Source: Flavobacteriales bacterium
Lineage (GTDB): Bacteria > Bacteroidota > Bacteroidia > Flavobacteriales > BACL11
Assembly: GCA_028122735.1 (NCBI GenBank)
Contig: JAOHSR010000003.1
Coordinates: 10,543-74,542, forward strand
DNA: 64,000 nucleotides
Direction of reading: 5' to 3'
Shown one piece after another: positions 28,785 to 40,005 of this stretch (within the stretch, counting starts at the first letter, position 1; every line of letters begins with the position of its first letter). Both the position numbers and the translations under genes were made by a program. The notes under the pieces were generated by a model. The model was not told the origin of the DNA. It saw nothing but the letters and a program-made list of their open reading frames with translations, and did not search any database.

Positions 28785-30362
28785 ATGACACAAGTAAAAC
28801 CTGCTGAGGTTTCAGCAATATTAAGACAACAATTATCCGGTTTTAAATCTGAAGCAGAGCTAGAAGAAGTAGGCACAGTTCTTCAGGTTGGAGATGGAAT
28901 TGCCCGTATTTACGGTTTAAACAACGCTCAGTCTGGAGAATTAGTGGAGTTTGAAAATGGTTTGCAAGCAATTGTTCTAAATTTAGAAGAAGATAATGTC
29001 GGAGCTGTATTGTTGGGGCCATCCAAAGGAATTAAGGAGGGCGATATTGTAAAGAGAACAAATAAGATTGCATCCGTAAATGTTGGAGAAGGTATGTTGG
29101 GTAGGGTGTTAGATGGAGTGGGTGTCCCAATTGATGGTAAGGGGCCAATTTCGGGGGATACTTATGAAATGCCTGTTGAGAGAAAAGCGCCAGGAGTTAT
29201 TTACAGACAGCCTGTAAATGAGCCGCTTCAAACTGGTTTAAAATCAGTTGATGCGATGATTCCAATTGGTAGAGGACAAAGAGAGTTAATTATTGGTGAT
29301 AGACAAACCGGTAAAACTGCAGTTGCAGTTGATACAATTATTAACCAAAAAGAGTTTTATGATAAGGGAGAACCAGTTTTTTGTATTTATGTAGCTGTAG
29401 GTCAAAAAGCATCAACAGTTGCTGCTTTAGCAAAAACACTAGATGATGCTGGAGCTTTAGATTATACTGTTATTGTTTCTGCAAACGCTGCTGACCCAGC
29501 ACCGTTACAGTTTTACGCTCCTTTAGTAGGCGCTGCAATTGGCGAGTTTTTTAGAGATACAGGTAGGCCAGCCTTAATTATTTTTGATGATTTATCTAAA
29601 CAAGCTGTTGCGTACAGAGAAGTTTCTTTATTACTAAGAAGGCCACCAGGAAGAGAGGCTTATCCTGGAGATGTTTTTTACCTACATTCAAGGTTACTCG
29701 AAAGAGCAGCTAAAATTATCAATGACGATAAGATTGCTGCGCAAATGAATGATTTACCTGAATCACTCAAAGATAAAGTTAAAGGTGGAGGGTCATTAAC
29801 AGCACTACCTATCATTGAAACACAGGCGGGAGATGTATCTGCATATATACCTACCAATGTGATTTCAATTACAGATGGACAAATATTCTTAGAGTCCAAC
29901 CTGTTTCTATCAGGTGTTAGGCCTGCAATTAACGTCGGAATATCTGTTTCAAGAGTTGGGGGTTCTGCTCAAATAAAGTCTATGAAAAAAATATCAGGGA
30001 CTCTTAAGCTAGATCAAGCGCAATATAGAGAGTTAGAGGCATTTGCAAAATTTGGATCTGACTTAGATGCCGCTACAAAAGCTGTGATTGAAAAAGGAAA
30101 ACGTAATGTTGAGATTTTAAAGCAAGGTCAGTATTCTCCACTAAGGGTTGAAGAGCAAGCTGCTATAATTTATTGTGGTACTAATGGATTGTTAATGGAT
30201 GTTCCTGTAAATAGAATAAAGGAATTTGAAACGGAGTTTTTATCCTTTTTACATCAAAAACATCAAAGTGTACTTGACGATTTAGCGTCAGGAAAATTAA
30301 ATGATAATATAACTGACACATTAAATTCTGTTGTTAAGGAGTTAACTCCTAAGTACGCATAA
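28785..30362 (+). CDS. atpA: ATP synthase subunit alpha
   Basis: [31 protein letters not shown]. Confidence 0.99.
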   Translation: MTQVKPAEVSAILRQQLSGFKSEAELEEVGTVLQVGDGIARIYGLNNAQSGELVEFENGLQAIVLNLEEDNVGAVLLGPSKGIKEGDIVKRTNKIASVNVGEGMLGRVLDGVGVPIDGKGPISGDTYEMPVERKAPGVIYRQPVNEPLQTGLKSVDAMIPIGRGQRELIIGDRQTGKTAVAVDTIINQKEFYDKGEPVFCIYVAVGQKASTVAALAKTLDDAGALDYTVIVSANAADPAPLQFYAPLVGAAIGEFFRDTGRPALIIFDDLSKQAVAYREVSLLLRRPPGREAYPGDVFYLHSRLLERAAKIINDDKIAAQMNDLPESLKDKVKGGGSLTALPIIETQAGDVSAYIPTNVISITDGQIFLESNLFLSGVRPAINVGISVSRVGGSAQIKSMKKISGTLKLDQAQYRELEAFAKFGSDLDAATKAVIEKGKRNVEILKQGQYSPLRVEEQAAIIYCGTNGLLMDVPVNRIKEFETEFLSFLHQKHQSVLDDLASGKLNDNITDTLNSVVKELTPKYA

Positions 30363-30372
30363 TAATTAAGAC

Positions 30373-31236
30373 ATGGCTAATCTAAAAGAGATAAGAAATA
30401 GAATAACCTCTGTCGGATCAACAATGCAGATTACATCTGCAATGAAAATGGTTTCTGCAGCAAAGCTAAAAAGAGCGCAAGATGCAATTACACAAATGCG
30501 TCCATATGCCAATAAGCTTACTGAGCTTCTTGTTAATTTATCATCTAGTTTAGAGACTTCTGAGGGGGGAGAGTTTTCTTCAGACAGACCACAAAGTAAG
30601 ATACTTTTAGTTGCAATAACCTCAAATAGAGGCTTGTGCGGGGGGTTCAATGCAAATATTATTAAAAAAATAAATTTACTTCTTCAAGAAGATTATAAAG
30701 AATCTCAGGTCAGTATTCTTTCTATTGGTAAAAAATCTTCAGAATATTTTAACAATAACAATTTTTCTGTTGTTAGTACTCATGATGATGTTTTTTCTGA
30801 TCTCACATACGATAGTATTGCTTCTATTGCTAATAGTATTATGCAGGATTATATCAATCAGAAATTTGATAAGGTAGTACTTGTATATAATCAATTTAAA
30901 AATGCTGCTACTCAAAATGTAATGAACGAAGCTTATTTGCCAGTTGAATCTATTAATGAAAATGAATCTAGTATAGGTGACTATATTTTTGAGCCTGAGA
31001 AAAAGGAAATTATAGAAGAGTTAATACCTAAATCATTAAAAACACAACTTTATAAAGCAGTTTTAGATTCACATGCCTCTGAGCATGGTGCAAGAATGAC
31101 TGCAATGCACAAAGCCACAGATAACGCATCCGAACTTAAGAAAGACCTCACTCTTACATATAACAAAGCTCGTCAGGCAGCAATTACTGCAGAAATTCTT
31201 GAAATTGTTGGTGGAGCAGAGGCTCTAAATAGTTAA
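30373..31236 (+). CDS. atpG: ATP synthase subunit gamma
   Basis: ITSAMKMVSAAKL, RGLCG, RQAAITAEI. Confidence 0.98.
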   Translation: MANLKEIRNRITSVGSTMQITSAMKMVSAAKLKRAQDAITQMRPYANKLTELLVNLSSSLETSEGGEFSSDRPQSKILLVAITSNRGLCGGFNANIIKKINLLLQEDYKESQVSILSIGKKSSEYFNNNNFSVVSTHDDVFSDLTYDSIASIANSIMQDYINQKFDKVVLVYNQFKNAATQNVMNEAYLPVESINENESSIGDYIFEPEKKEIIEELIPKSLKTQLYKAVLDSHASEHGARMTAMHKATDNASELKKDLTLTYNKARQAAITAEILEIVGGAEALNS

Positions 31237-31307
31237 AATACTCTTTTAAAATATTGGTATTTCAATTAGTGTAGTATTCTATTATATTTGTATAAAAACT
31301 AATATAA

Positions 31308-32084
31308 ATGCACTTCAAAAATATACTTGTTCAAAATTCAGATCAAATATGTTATCTCACTGTCAACAGACCAAAATATTTAAACTCTTTAAATAACGAG
31401 ACAATTAATGAGCTTTCCTCTTGTATTAAAGAAATAATTCAGAATAAAGAAATTAAGTGTGTGATTCTTACGGGAGCAGAAAAAAAAGCTTTTGTAGCAG
31501 GAGCTGACATAAAAGAATTTTCAGATTTCAATAAAATTCAAGGTAAAGAGTTATCTAAAAATGGTCATAAAAAATTATTTAACTTAATTGAAAATTCTAC
31601 GATTCCATTTATTGCAGCTATAAATGGTTTCGCCCTAGGAGGTGGACTCGAATTAGCAATGTCTTGTCATATTAGGGTTGCTTCTGATAATGCAAAAATG
31701 GGCCTGCCAGAGGTCTCTTTAGGTGTTATTCCAGGTTATGGTGGAACCCAACGTTTGCCTCAGATTGTGGGAAAAGGAATTGCATTTGAAATGATTACTA
31801 CAGCAAAGATTATTAGTGCTGAAAAGGCGTTAAGCATTGGTCTAGTTAATCGGGTGTGTAATCAAGAAGATTTAATAGCAAACTGTGTTGAAATGGCAAA
31901 TAAGATTAAACGTAACTCATCGATAGCTATCACTAATGCAATAAAATCTATAAACGCATGTTATCAAGATGGTATAGATGGAATGGAATCTGAAATTAAT
32001 TTTTTTTCAGATTGTTTTGAGACTAAAGATTTTGTTGAAGGAACAAAAGCATTTATGGAAAAAAGAAAACCGAACTTTAATTGA
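31308..32084 (+). CDS. Enoyl-CoA hydratase/isomerase
   Basis: AFVAGADI, ALGGGLELA, GLPE, PGYGGTQRL; TATATTTG promoter at 31283-31290. Confidence 0.92.
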   Translation: MHFKNILVQNSDQICYLTVNRPKYLNSLNNETINELSSCIKEIIQNKEIKCVILTGAEKKAFVAGADIKEFSDFNKIQGKELSKNGHKKLFNLIENSTIPFIAAINGFALGGGLELAMSCHIRVASDNAKMGLPEVSLGVIPGYGGTQRLPQIVGKGIAFEMITTAKIISAEKALSIGLVNRVCNQEDLIANCVEMANKIKRNSSIAITNAIKSINACYQDGIDGMESEINFFSDCFETKDFVEGTKAFMEKRKPNFN

Positions 32085-33559
32085 ACCCTTTAAAAAAGTT
32101 AGCTAGCCAAACCGCTATTTACGGTTTAAGTAGTGTCGTTGGTAGATTGCTTAATTACCTTCTTGTTCCACTTTATACAAGATATTTTTTGCCCGAAGAA
32201 TATGGTGTGGTAACAGAGCTATATGCATATGTTGCGTTTTTAGTTATCATTTTGACTTATGGAATAGAGACGGCTTTTTTTAGGTTTTCACAAAAAGAAA
32301 AAAATAATCGTATTGTATATAGCACCTCATTAATTTCTTTACTTTTTTCCTCATTACTTTTTATAATACTAATGTTTGTGTTTAGTGAAAACATTTCATC
32401 AAGTATTGGTTACCCAAATAATCAAGAGTATATAAAATGGTTTGCTCTAATAATAGGTCTTGACGCTATATCATCTATATCTTTTGCTAAGCTTAGAGCT
32501 TTGAACAAAGCAACTAGATTTGCTTTGATTAGATTGGTAAATATTTTTGTAAATATTGGTTTAAACCTATTTTTTATTATTTACTGTCCCTACGCAATTG
32601 AAAATAATTTACAGTCTTTAAATTTTGTTAACTCTGTATACTCTCCTTCTGTTGGTGTTGGCTATATCTTTATCGCTAATTTATTTGCTTCTGTAATAAC
32701 AATCTTAATGCTTTTACCCGAAATGATAAACTCTGTATGGGTTTTTGAAAAAAAATTATGGAACAAAATGATGATTTACGCATCCCCTTTGTTAATTGCG
32801 GGATTAGCAGGAATGACTAATGAAACTATTGATAGAATATTACTTAAATATTTATTACCAGAATCATCTAATATTTCTCGAGAGATAGGTCTTTATGGAG
32901 CTTTTTATAAGCTTTCTATAATTATGATCTTATTTATTCAAACATTTAGATTTGCCGCTGAACCCTTCTATTTTTCTCAAGAAAGAGAGCATAACTCAAG
33001 GAAAATTTATGCTGATGTTATGAAATACTTTATAATTGTTACGTCATTTATTTTCCTTATTGTCACAACTTTTTATGATTTTTTTATAAACTTTCTTGGC
33101 TCAAAATATCATGACGAAAGAGGATTTTTAGTAGTTTCAATACTACTTTTTGCAAACTTTTTTTTAGGAATTTATTATAATTTATCCATCTGGTATAAGC
33201 TTACTGAAAAAACAAAATACGGAGCATATATTGCAATTTTTGGCGCATCAATAACAATTATTTTAAACTTCTTACTAATACCTGTTTTCGGATTTGTTGG
33301 TTCTGCATTAGCCACTTTAGCCTGCTACTTTTCTATGGTAATGATTTCATTTTATTTTTCTAATAAGCACTTTCCTATTGCTTATAATTATTACAGAATA
33401 CTTATGTATTTTTTCTTAATGATATTTATTTATCTTATAATTTATTATACTAATTTTAGCCTAATATTAGACGTGTCTTTTTTAGTTGGATATTGTATTT
33501 TAGTTTATGCTTTAGAAAAGCCAAAAATGATAGAAAATAAAACACCTAAACTTTTTTAA
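32081..33559 (+). CDS. Oligosaccharide flippase (MOP/Wzx-like)
   Basis: LASQTAIYGLSS, about 14 TM helices, FRFAAEPF. Confidence 0.87.
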   Translation: MNPLKKLASQTAIYGLSSVVGRLLNYLLVPLYTRYFLPEEYGVVTELYAYVAFLVIILTYGIETAFFRFSQKEKNNRIVYSTSLISLLFSSLLFIILMFVFSENISSSIGYPNNQEYIKWFALIIGLDAISSISFAKLRALNKATRFALIRLVNIFVNIGLNLFFIIYCPYAIENNLQSLNFVNSVYSPSVGVGYIFIANLFASVITILMLLPEMINSVWVFEKKLWNKMMIYASPLLIAGLAGMTNETIDRILLKYLLPESSNISREIGLYGAFYKLSIIMILFIQTFRFAAEPFYFSQEREHNSRKIYADVMKYFIIVTSFIFLIVTTFYDFFINFLGSKYHDERGFLVVSILLFANFFLGIYYNLSIWYKLTEKTKYGAYIAIFGASITIILNFLLIPVFGFVGSALATLACYFSMVMISFYFSNKHFPIAYNYYRILMYFFLMIFIYLIIYYTNFSLILDVSFLVGYCILVYALEKPKMIENKTPKLF

Positions 33560-33570
33560 CTAATAAAATT

Positions 33571-34578
33571 ATGAACATAATTATACCAATGGCCGGCAGA
33601 GGTTCTAGACTACGACCACACACACTAACAACTCCAAAACCTTTGATTTCCTTTGCAGGAAAAACAATTGTTGAACGTCTTGTTCAAGACATTGTTAAGG
33701 TTTGTGATGAAACAATTGACGAAATAGCTTTTATCATTGGTGATTTTGGCCCGGATGTAGAAAAAGATTTAATTAATATAGCGTTTAATCTAAATGCAAA
33801 GGGCGTTATAGTACACCAAGAAGAGCCACTTGGCACAGCACACGCTATTTTGTGTGCAAAACAATCCTTAAGAGGCAATGTAGTTGTTGCTTTTGCAGAC
33901 ACCTTATTTAAGGCGGATTTTAAATTAAATAAAAATAATGATGGGATAATATGGGTTAATAAGATTGAAGATCCTTCGGCGTTTGGAGTTGTAAAAATTA
34001 ATTCAGATAACCATATTACTGATTTTGTTGAAAAGCCTACTGAATTTGTTTCTGATTTAGCAATTATCGGAATATATTATTTTAATAATGGTGAAAACCT
34101 TATGAACGAACTCCAATTTTTAATCGACAATAACATTAAAGATAAAGGAGAATATCAGCTAACAAATGCTCTTGAAAATATGAAAAAGAAAGGAAAAATA
34201 TTTTCTATTGGTACTGTTGATGAATGGTTAGATTGTGGAAATAAAGACGCTACAGTTTATACAAGTCAACGTATACTAGAGCACAATAAAAAATCAAGTA
34301 TAGTTGATAAAAAGAGTGAGCTTATTAATTCTGAAATTATTCAGCCATGCTATATTGCAGCCGGAACTTTAGTAAAAAATTCTAAAATTGGCCCTCATGT
34401 ATCAATTGGCTCAAATTCAAACATTGAAGATAGTGAGATTTCAAACTCAATTATTCAAAACCAATCTAATATAAAGAATGCTAAGTTAAAGAACTCTATG
34501 ATTGGTAATCACACCTTTTTTGATGGGCATAAAATAGATCAAGAAATTAGTATCGGTGATTTTTGTGAAATTAAATAG
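33571..34578 (+). CDS. Sugar-phosphate nucleotidyltransferase
   Basis: IIPMAGRGSRLRPHT..PKPL, QEEPLGTAHA, C-terminal hexapeptide repeats. Confidence 0.92.
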   Translation: MNIIIPMAGRGSRLRPHTLTTPKPLISFAGKTIVERLVQDIVKVCDETIDEIAFIIGDFGPDVEKDLINIAFNLNAKGVIVHQEEPLGTAHAILCAKQSLRGNVVVAFADTLFKADFKLNKNNDGIIWVNKIEDPSAFGVVKINSDNHITDFVEKPTEFVSDLAIIGIYYFNNGENLMNELQFLIDNNIKDKGEYQLTNALENMKKKGKIFSIGTVDEWLDCGNKDATVYTSQRILEHNKKSSIVDKKSELINSEIIQPCYIAAGTLVKNSKIGPHVSIGSNSNIEDSEISNSIIQNQSNIKNAKLKNSMIGNHTFFDGHKIDQEISIGDFCEIK

Positions 34579-36327
34579 ATGTTAAAAAAAAGTATAATAC
34601 TATTTTTTGTTTTTGTTCATTTAACAACCTATGGACAGTGGAAAAGTCATTATCCTGAAAATAAAAAAAATAAGAAAACAGTATTATCAAAAGAAAAAAA
34701 ACAGGATAATAACATTCACTTCAATAATCTTTTTTTTAATGGTATAAAACAAAAATCATTAGAAAACTATGATGTAGCAATTGATTTATTTCAGAAATGC
34801 ATAGAGATTAAGCCCGATAAAATCGAGCCTTACTATCAAATTTCTTTAATAAAAAAGGGCTTAAATAATTTTAGTGATGCAAAGTTATACTCTTCAAAAA
34901 CACTTGAGCTTAAAACCACTAATTTATGGCATCAAAGAAATCATGCAGAAATTTTATTTCTTAATCAAGATTTTGATAATGCTGCTAATCAATACTCTGA
35001 GATAGTAAAAAGAGAACCTAAAAATGAGTTTAATTATTACAAGCTAGCTGACACATATATCTATAATCAAAAATATTTAAAAGCTATTTCAGTATATGAT
35101 GATTTAGAAAAAAAGAAGGGCATTGATAAGATGATTTCTATGCAAAAACATAAATTATATCTTCAGCTTAAAGATTTTAATAAAGCAACAAAATGCTTAG
35201 AAGTCCTGTCAAATAGTTTTCCTAACGATCTTGAGGTTTTACAAATTCTTGCAGAGGCTTATTTACTAACTAATGATAAAGAAAAAGCAATTATTGTTTT
35301 TAAATCAATTTCAGAAAAAGACCCAAAAAACGGTCAGGTTCATTTAACGCTTGCAAATTTTTATAGAGATAATGGGGATCTTGATAAATCTTTTTCAGAA
35401 CTTAAATTAGCTTTTAGATCTGATAAAATTTCTATTGAAACCAAATTAGCAATTCTCTCATCATACCTTCCCATCATTAACACCAATGACACAATAAAAA
35501 ATCAAGCTTTTGAGTTATCAGAAATTCTTAAAAAATCTGATTTTAATAATTCAGGAATGCATGCGATCTTTGGTGATCTATATTATGCTACGGGTAATAA
35601 AATATTAGCTAAAAAAAACTATAAAAAATCATTGTCAATCGCTCAAAATTTACAAGCCGTATGGACACAAGTTTTATTTTTAGAGGTAGAGGATGCTAAT
35701 TACGACTCACTTTTATTATATAGTAAAAATGCTCTTTCTTATTTCCCTAGCGAGCCACTATATTATTATTTTTATGGTGTATCGTGTTCGTTTTTTAAAC
35801 AATTTGATAAATCAAAAGAGGCTTTAGAATCTGGTATTGGATTTGTTTTTGATAATCCATCCTTATATTCCGAGTTTCAATCATCATTAGCCGACACCTA
35901 TCACTCTCTAGAATTGTTTTCAAAATCAGATTCTTTATACGAAAAAATACTGCAGCAAAACCCAAATAATATAATTGTTTTAAATAATTATAGTTATTAT
36001 TTATCGTTAAGAAAACATAAGCTTGAAAGAGCAAAAGAAATGTCTAGAAGGTGTAATGATTTAGAGCCAAATAATGGAACATATCAAGACACATATGCAT
36101 GGATTTTGTATTGCCTGGATGATTATAAGTTGGCATTAGAATGGATTAAAAAATCAATAAAAAACGGAAGCGATAAGAGCCCTGTTGTTCTTGAGCATTA
36201 CGGAGATATTTTATTTAGACTTGGCTTTAAAGAAGAAGCTTTAGAAAAATGGCTTCTATCAAAATCTCTTGGTTCAGAATCATTTATTTTAGAAAATAAA
36301 ATTAAGAATGAAAAATTATTGGAATAA
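34579..36327 (+). CDS. Tetratricopeptide repeat protein
   Basis: Signal peptide, many TPRs, LNNYSYYLS...DTYAWI...EHYGD. Confidence 0.87.
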   Translation: MLKKSIILFFVFVHLTTYGQWKSHYPENKKNKKTVLSKEKKQDNNIHFNNLFFNGIKQKSLENYDVAIDLFQKCIEIKPDKIEPYYQISLIKKGLNNFSDAKLYSSKTLELKTTNLWHQRNHAEILFLNQDFDNAANQYSEIVKREPKNEFNYYKLADTYIYNQKYLKAISVYDDLEKKKGIDKMISMQKHKLYLQLKDFNKATKCLEVLSNSFPNDLEVLQILAEAYLLTNDKEKAIIVFKSISEKDPKNGQVHLTLANFYRDNGDLDKSFSELKLAFRSDKISIETKLAILSSYLPIINTNDTIKNQAFELSEILKKSDFNNSGMHAIFGDLYYATGNKILAKKNYKKSLSIAQNLQAVWTQVLFLEVEDANYDSLLLYSKNALSYFPSEPLYYYFYGVSCSFFKQFDKSKEALESGIGFVFDNPSLYSEFQSSLADTYHSLELFSKSDSLYEKILQQNPNNIIVLNNYSYYLSLRKHKLERAKEMSRRCNDLEPNNGTYQDTYAWILYCLDDYKLALEWIKKSIKNGSDKSPVVLEHYGDILFRLGFKEEALEKWLLSKSLGSESFILENKIKNEKLLE

Positions 36328-37057
36328 GGCGTTAATCCTTTTTTTCTCTTTAATGGTTATGTCTTGTAACATTAAAAAGGAGCTGACTGTTAATGATTAT
36401 AGTACAATTAGCGTTGAAGATGTAATTACAAAAGTTAATTCTACCACTCCTTCATATAAATGGCTAAGCATAAGGGGAAAATTAAAAGTTAATACACAAG
36501 ACGGGGGTGTTCCATTAGGATTTAACCTTAAAATTGCAAAGGACAGTTTGATATGGATTTCAATAACTGCACCTATTATTGGCGAGGTAAATCGCCTAAT
36601 GATTACTAGAGATACTGTTTATTCAATTAACAGAACAAACTCAAGCTGGTTTATTAAAAACGTATCAGTTTTTAAAGATGAATATAATATTAAATTATCT
36701 TTAAGTTTGATTGAAAGCATTATAACAAGCTCTATATCAATTTCTCAAAATAATTATTTAAGCACACAAGATCTTAACACGATTACTTTAGATAGTCAAA
36801 ATGACTCATCAACCTATGTTATTAATTTAAATACTTATAGCATAGAATTATTTGTTAGAAAATTTTCTGCAAATGAAGAACTTACTGTTAAATATGTCGA
36901 TTTTCAAATAATTGACAATTTCTTATACCCCAAAAAGCTAAATGTTAATACAGGAAGCGAGAAGCTTTCATTTGAACTAACTTTAAATAAGATTAAGGTT
37001 TTAGATATAGATAAAACACCATTTAAAATACCTAAAAACTATAATGAAAAAAAGTAG
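36308..37057 (+). CDS. DUF4292 lipoprotein (probable Bacteroidota LolB-like protein)
   Basis: Lipobox VMSC, KDSLIWIS motif, usual position between the TPR gene and envC. Confidence 0.72.
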   Translation: MKNYWNKALILFFSLMVMSCNIKKELTVNDYSTISVEDVITKVNSTTPSYKWLSIRGKLKVNTQDGGVPLGFNLKIAKDSLIWISITAPIIGEVNRLMITRDTVYSINRTNSSWFIKNVSVFKDEYNIKLSLSLIESIITSSISISQNNYLSTQDLNTITLDSQNDSSTYVINLNTYSIELFVRKFSANEELTVKYVDFQIIDNFLYPKKLNVNTGSEKLSFELTLNKIKVLDIDKTPFKIPKNYNEKK

Positions 37058-38291
37058 TTTTTTATTTAGTTTATTATTTATTTCTTATCTGTCTATTGGT
37101 CAGAACAAAGATGTTCTGAAGCAACAAAAAATTGTACTAGAAAAAGAAATTAATTACACAACATCTTTACTGAATAAGACAAAGGAAAATAAAAAATCTT
37201 CACTTGTTTATATAGATTATCTTGATAAAAAGATATCTAGCCAAGAAAGATTATTGCAGCTATTAAATATTGAACAAAATCTACTAAAGAAGCAAATTTT
37301 TAAGTTAGAGAACAAAATACTTGAAAATGAAAAATCAATAAATAACTCTGAAAAAGAAATTGTTGAATTAAAAAAAGAGTATGGTGAAATCATATATTCT
37401 TTACAAAGAAACAAAAACGAAAGGAACGATTTGATGTTTATTATTTCATCTGAAACGTTTAATCAAGCCTATAAAAGAATTCTTTTTCTTCGAGAGTACT
37501 CAAGAGCAAGGAAAGCACAAGCATTACAGATTGCTAAAAATCAAGATAGCTTAGCGATTAACAAAGATCGGCTATTTTCCCAACAACAATTAATAAAATC
37601 GAAGAAGGAGCAGAACCAAGAACTTATTTCAAATAAAAAAAAGAGTTTAAATAAGGTTTTAATATCTAAAGATGAAAAAAAGATTGCCGTATCTAAGCTT
37701 AAAAAATCTGAGCAAATATTTTTACAGAAAATAAAAGATCAGCAAAAAAAATCAAGAAAACTTGAACAAAAAATCAAGAAAATAATTGAAGAGGAAATAA
37801 GGTTAGCTAGAGAAAAGATTAAACGAGACAAAGACAATAAAATCACTTTAACTCCTGAAGCCCAGCTCTTATCTGATAAATTTAGTGCTAATAAAGGTAA
37901 ACTTCCATGGCCACTTGAGCAAGGCGTAATTATTCAGAAATATGGAAAACAAAAACACAAAGTATTTGGAAATATTGAAACCTTTAATAACGGAATAAAT
38001 ATTGCAACAAATAAAAATGCAGTCATCCGTTCTGTTTTTGATGGTAAGATTTCTAGAATATTTTTCATTAAAGGTGAGGGGAAGGCCGTTTTGATAAATC
38101 ATGGAGAATTCTTTACTGTATACTCAGGTTTAGAAGAAGTTAAGGTTAAGCTTGGCGATAATATTCTTTCTAAAGAAGAAATAGGAAAGGTTCTTACACG
38201 AGAAAATGATAATAGAACTGAATTGCATTTTGAAATCTGGCAGGGATACGACAAACAAGACCCTTCGTTATGGCTTTTTGAAGCTTTTTAA
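37044..38291 (+). CDS. envC: Murein hydrolase activator EnvC family (coiled coil plus degenerate M23)
   Basis: Long coiled coil, KGKLPWP, NNGIN (Zn ligands lost), LHFEIW. Confidence 0.87.
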   Translation: MKKSSFLFSLLFISYLSIGQNKDVLKQQKIVLEKEINYTTSLLNKTKENKKSSLVYIDYLDKKISSQERLLQLLNIEQNLLKKQIFKLENKILENEKSINNSEKEIVELKKEYGEIIYSLQRNKNERNDLMFIISSETFNQAYKRILFLREYSRARKAQALQIAKNQDSLAINKDRLFSQQQLIKSKKEQNQELISNKKKSLNKVLISKDEKKIAVSKLKKSEQIFLQKIKDQQKKSRKLEQKIKKIIEEEIRLAREKIKRDKDNKITLTPEAQLLSDKFSANKGKLPWPLEQGVIIQKYGKQKHKVFGNIETFNNGINIATNKNAVIRSVFDGKISRIFFIKGEGKAVLINHGEFFTVYSGLEEVKVKLGDNILSKEEIGKVLTRENDNRTELHFEIWQGYDKQDPSLWLFEAF

Positions 38292-38334
38292 AACAATTTA
38301 GCTACTTTTGTTATAACATTAAACTGACTTACTT

Positions 38335-38511
38335 ATGAATACTGTTTTATTATTTACAATGGGAGGAACAGAATGGCTATTAATTGCGCTTGTTGTGTTA
38401 TTACTTTTTGGTGGAAAAAAAATTCCAGAATTAATGAAGGGCTTAGGTAAAGGAATAAATGAATTTAAGAAAGGCAAAAATGAATCTGAAAATAAATCTG
38501 AAGAAAATTAA
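38335..38511 (+). CDS. tatA: Twin-arginine translocase subunit TatA (58 aa, not in ORF track)
   Basis: [58 protein letters not shown]; TACTTTTG promoter at 38303-38310. Confidence 0.95.
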   Translation: MNTVLLFTMGGTEWLLIALVVLLLFGGKKIPELMKGLGKGINEFKKGKNESENKSEEN

Positions 38512-38520
38512 TTTTTAGAT

Positions 38521-39933
38521 TTGAAGCTATTTCGGTCATTTAAAAGCCTGCAAAATGAGCTGTATAGCTCTAATTTTAGTTGTGAGGAACTGGTTGATTT
38601 TTATCTAAAAAAAATTAATCAAAGTAAGAATAATTCTTTTGTTGAAACTTTTAATGATTCTGCTTTATCTCAAGCACGAGCAATTGATCAAGAAATTTCT
38701 GTTAAAAAGCATAGAAAGCTTTCTGGATTGATTGTTGCAATTAAAGACAATATATGTTATGAAGGTCATGGCGTCACTGCATCATCTTCAATATTAAAAG
38801 GTTTTAAATCTGTCTATAGTGCTACAGTTGTCAGACGTTTAATAGAGCATGGAGCTATAATAATTGGTCGCTTAAATTGTGATGAATTTGCTATGGGAAG
38901 CTCTAATGAAAAATCTACTTACGGTCCCGTCAAGAATCCTATTGACCCAAATAAGGTTCCAGGTGGTTCCTCTGGCGGTTCTGCAGCTGCGGTTTCTGAA
39001 GGGCTTTGTTTAGTTTCTTTAGGAAGCGATACTGGCGGCTCTATTAGACAGCCTGCTGCTTTTTGCGGGGTTATAGGTTTAAAACCTACTTATTCACGTG
39101 TTTCTAGGTATGGGTTAATTGCCTATGCATCCTCTTTTGATCAAATCGGACCCATAGCTAATAATATTGAAGACATTGCATTAGTTTTAGAGGTGATTTC
39201 AGGAAAGGATAGAAATGACTCCACATCATCATCTTTAGATGTTCCTAATTACACTAAATTAAACCCTAAAAGATCAAATAAAAAAATAGCTTATCTCTCA
39301 GAATGTATAAATCACACTGGACTCGACCCTGAGATTAGACAGAATTTTCTTTTGAAAATTGATGAATTAAAGCATCAAGGCTTTGTAGTTGAGCCAATTT
39401 CGTTTCCACTTCTTGATTATTTAGTCGCTACTTATTATGTTTTATCTACTGCTGAAGCATCCTCTAATCTTGCTAGATTTGACGGAATAAATTATGCCAA
39501 TAGAGTTTCAAATGTTAAAGACTTAAACGAAGCTTACGTGTTTAGTAGAAATGCGGGATTTGGCGAAGAAGTTAAGAGAAGAATTATGCTAGGTACATTT
39601 GTTTTAAGCTCAGGATATCATGATGCTTATTTTACAAAAGCACAAAAAATTAGAAGAAAAATACGAAATACGATTGAAGAAGTTTTTAAAACATATGATT
39701 ACGTTTTAACACCAACAACCCCTCATGTCGCCTTTAATATTGGAGATGTCAATACAGATCCAACCCAAATGTATTTAGAAGATATCTTTACTGTTTTGGC
39801 TAATCTTTCTGGAAATCCAGCTATTTCTATGCCAATTAATAATCATTCAACAGGATTACCATATGGATTTCAAATTATGGGTAGAAATTTTGATGAAGAA
39901 GGGATTCTTTCATTTTCAAAGAATTATTTTTAA
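38521..39933 (+). CDS. gatA: Asp/Glu-tRNA amidotransferase subunit A
   Basis: IKDNI, PGGSSGGSAAAV, GSDTGGSIRQPA, SSNLARFDG, EVKRRIMLGT. Confidence 0.94.
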   Translation: MKLFRSFKSLQNELYSSNFSCEELVDFYLKKINQSKNNSFVETFNDSALSQARAIDQEISVKKHRKLSGLIVAIKDNICYEGHGVTASSSILKGFKSVYSATVVRRLIEHGAIIIGRLNCDEFAMGSSNEKSTYGPVKNPIDPNKVPGGSSGGSAAAVSEGLCLVSLGSDTGGSIRQPAAFCGVIGLKPTYSRVSRYGLIAYASSFDQIGPIANNIEDIALVLEVISGKDRNDSTSSSLDVPNYTKLNPKRSNKKIAYLSECINHTGLDPEIRQNFLLKIDELKHQGFVVEPISFPLLDYLVATYYVLSTAEASSNLARFDGINYANRVSNVKDLNEAYVFSRNAGFGEEVKRRIMLGTFVLSSGYHDAYFTKAQKIRRKIRNTIEEVFKTYDYVLTPTTPHVAFNIGDVNTDPTQMYLEDIFTVLANLSGNPAISMPINNHSTGLPYGFQIMGRNFDEEGILSFSKNYF

Positions 39934-40005
39934 CACTTAAAATCTATTGTCAATAAGTCCTGAAACTGATTTTTATCTCAAAAAATAAAATGATAAATTG
40001 CACTA

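Noticed and set aside
31268-31284. AGTGTA upstream of the enoyl-CoA hydratase as a further operator
   Set aside because: Only a half-site, with no ACACT at the N7 spacing.
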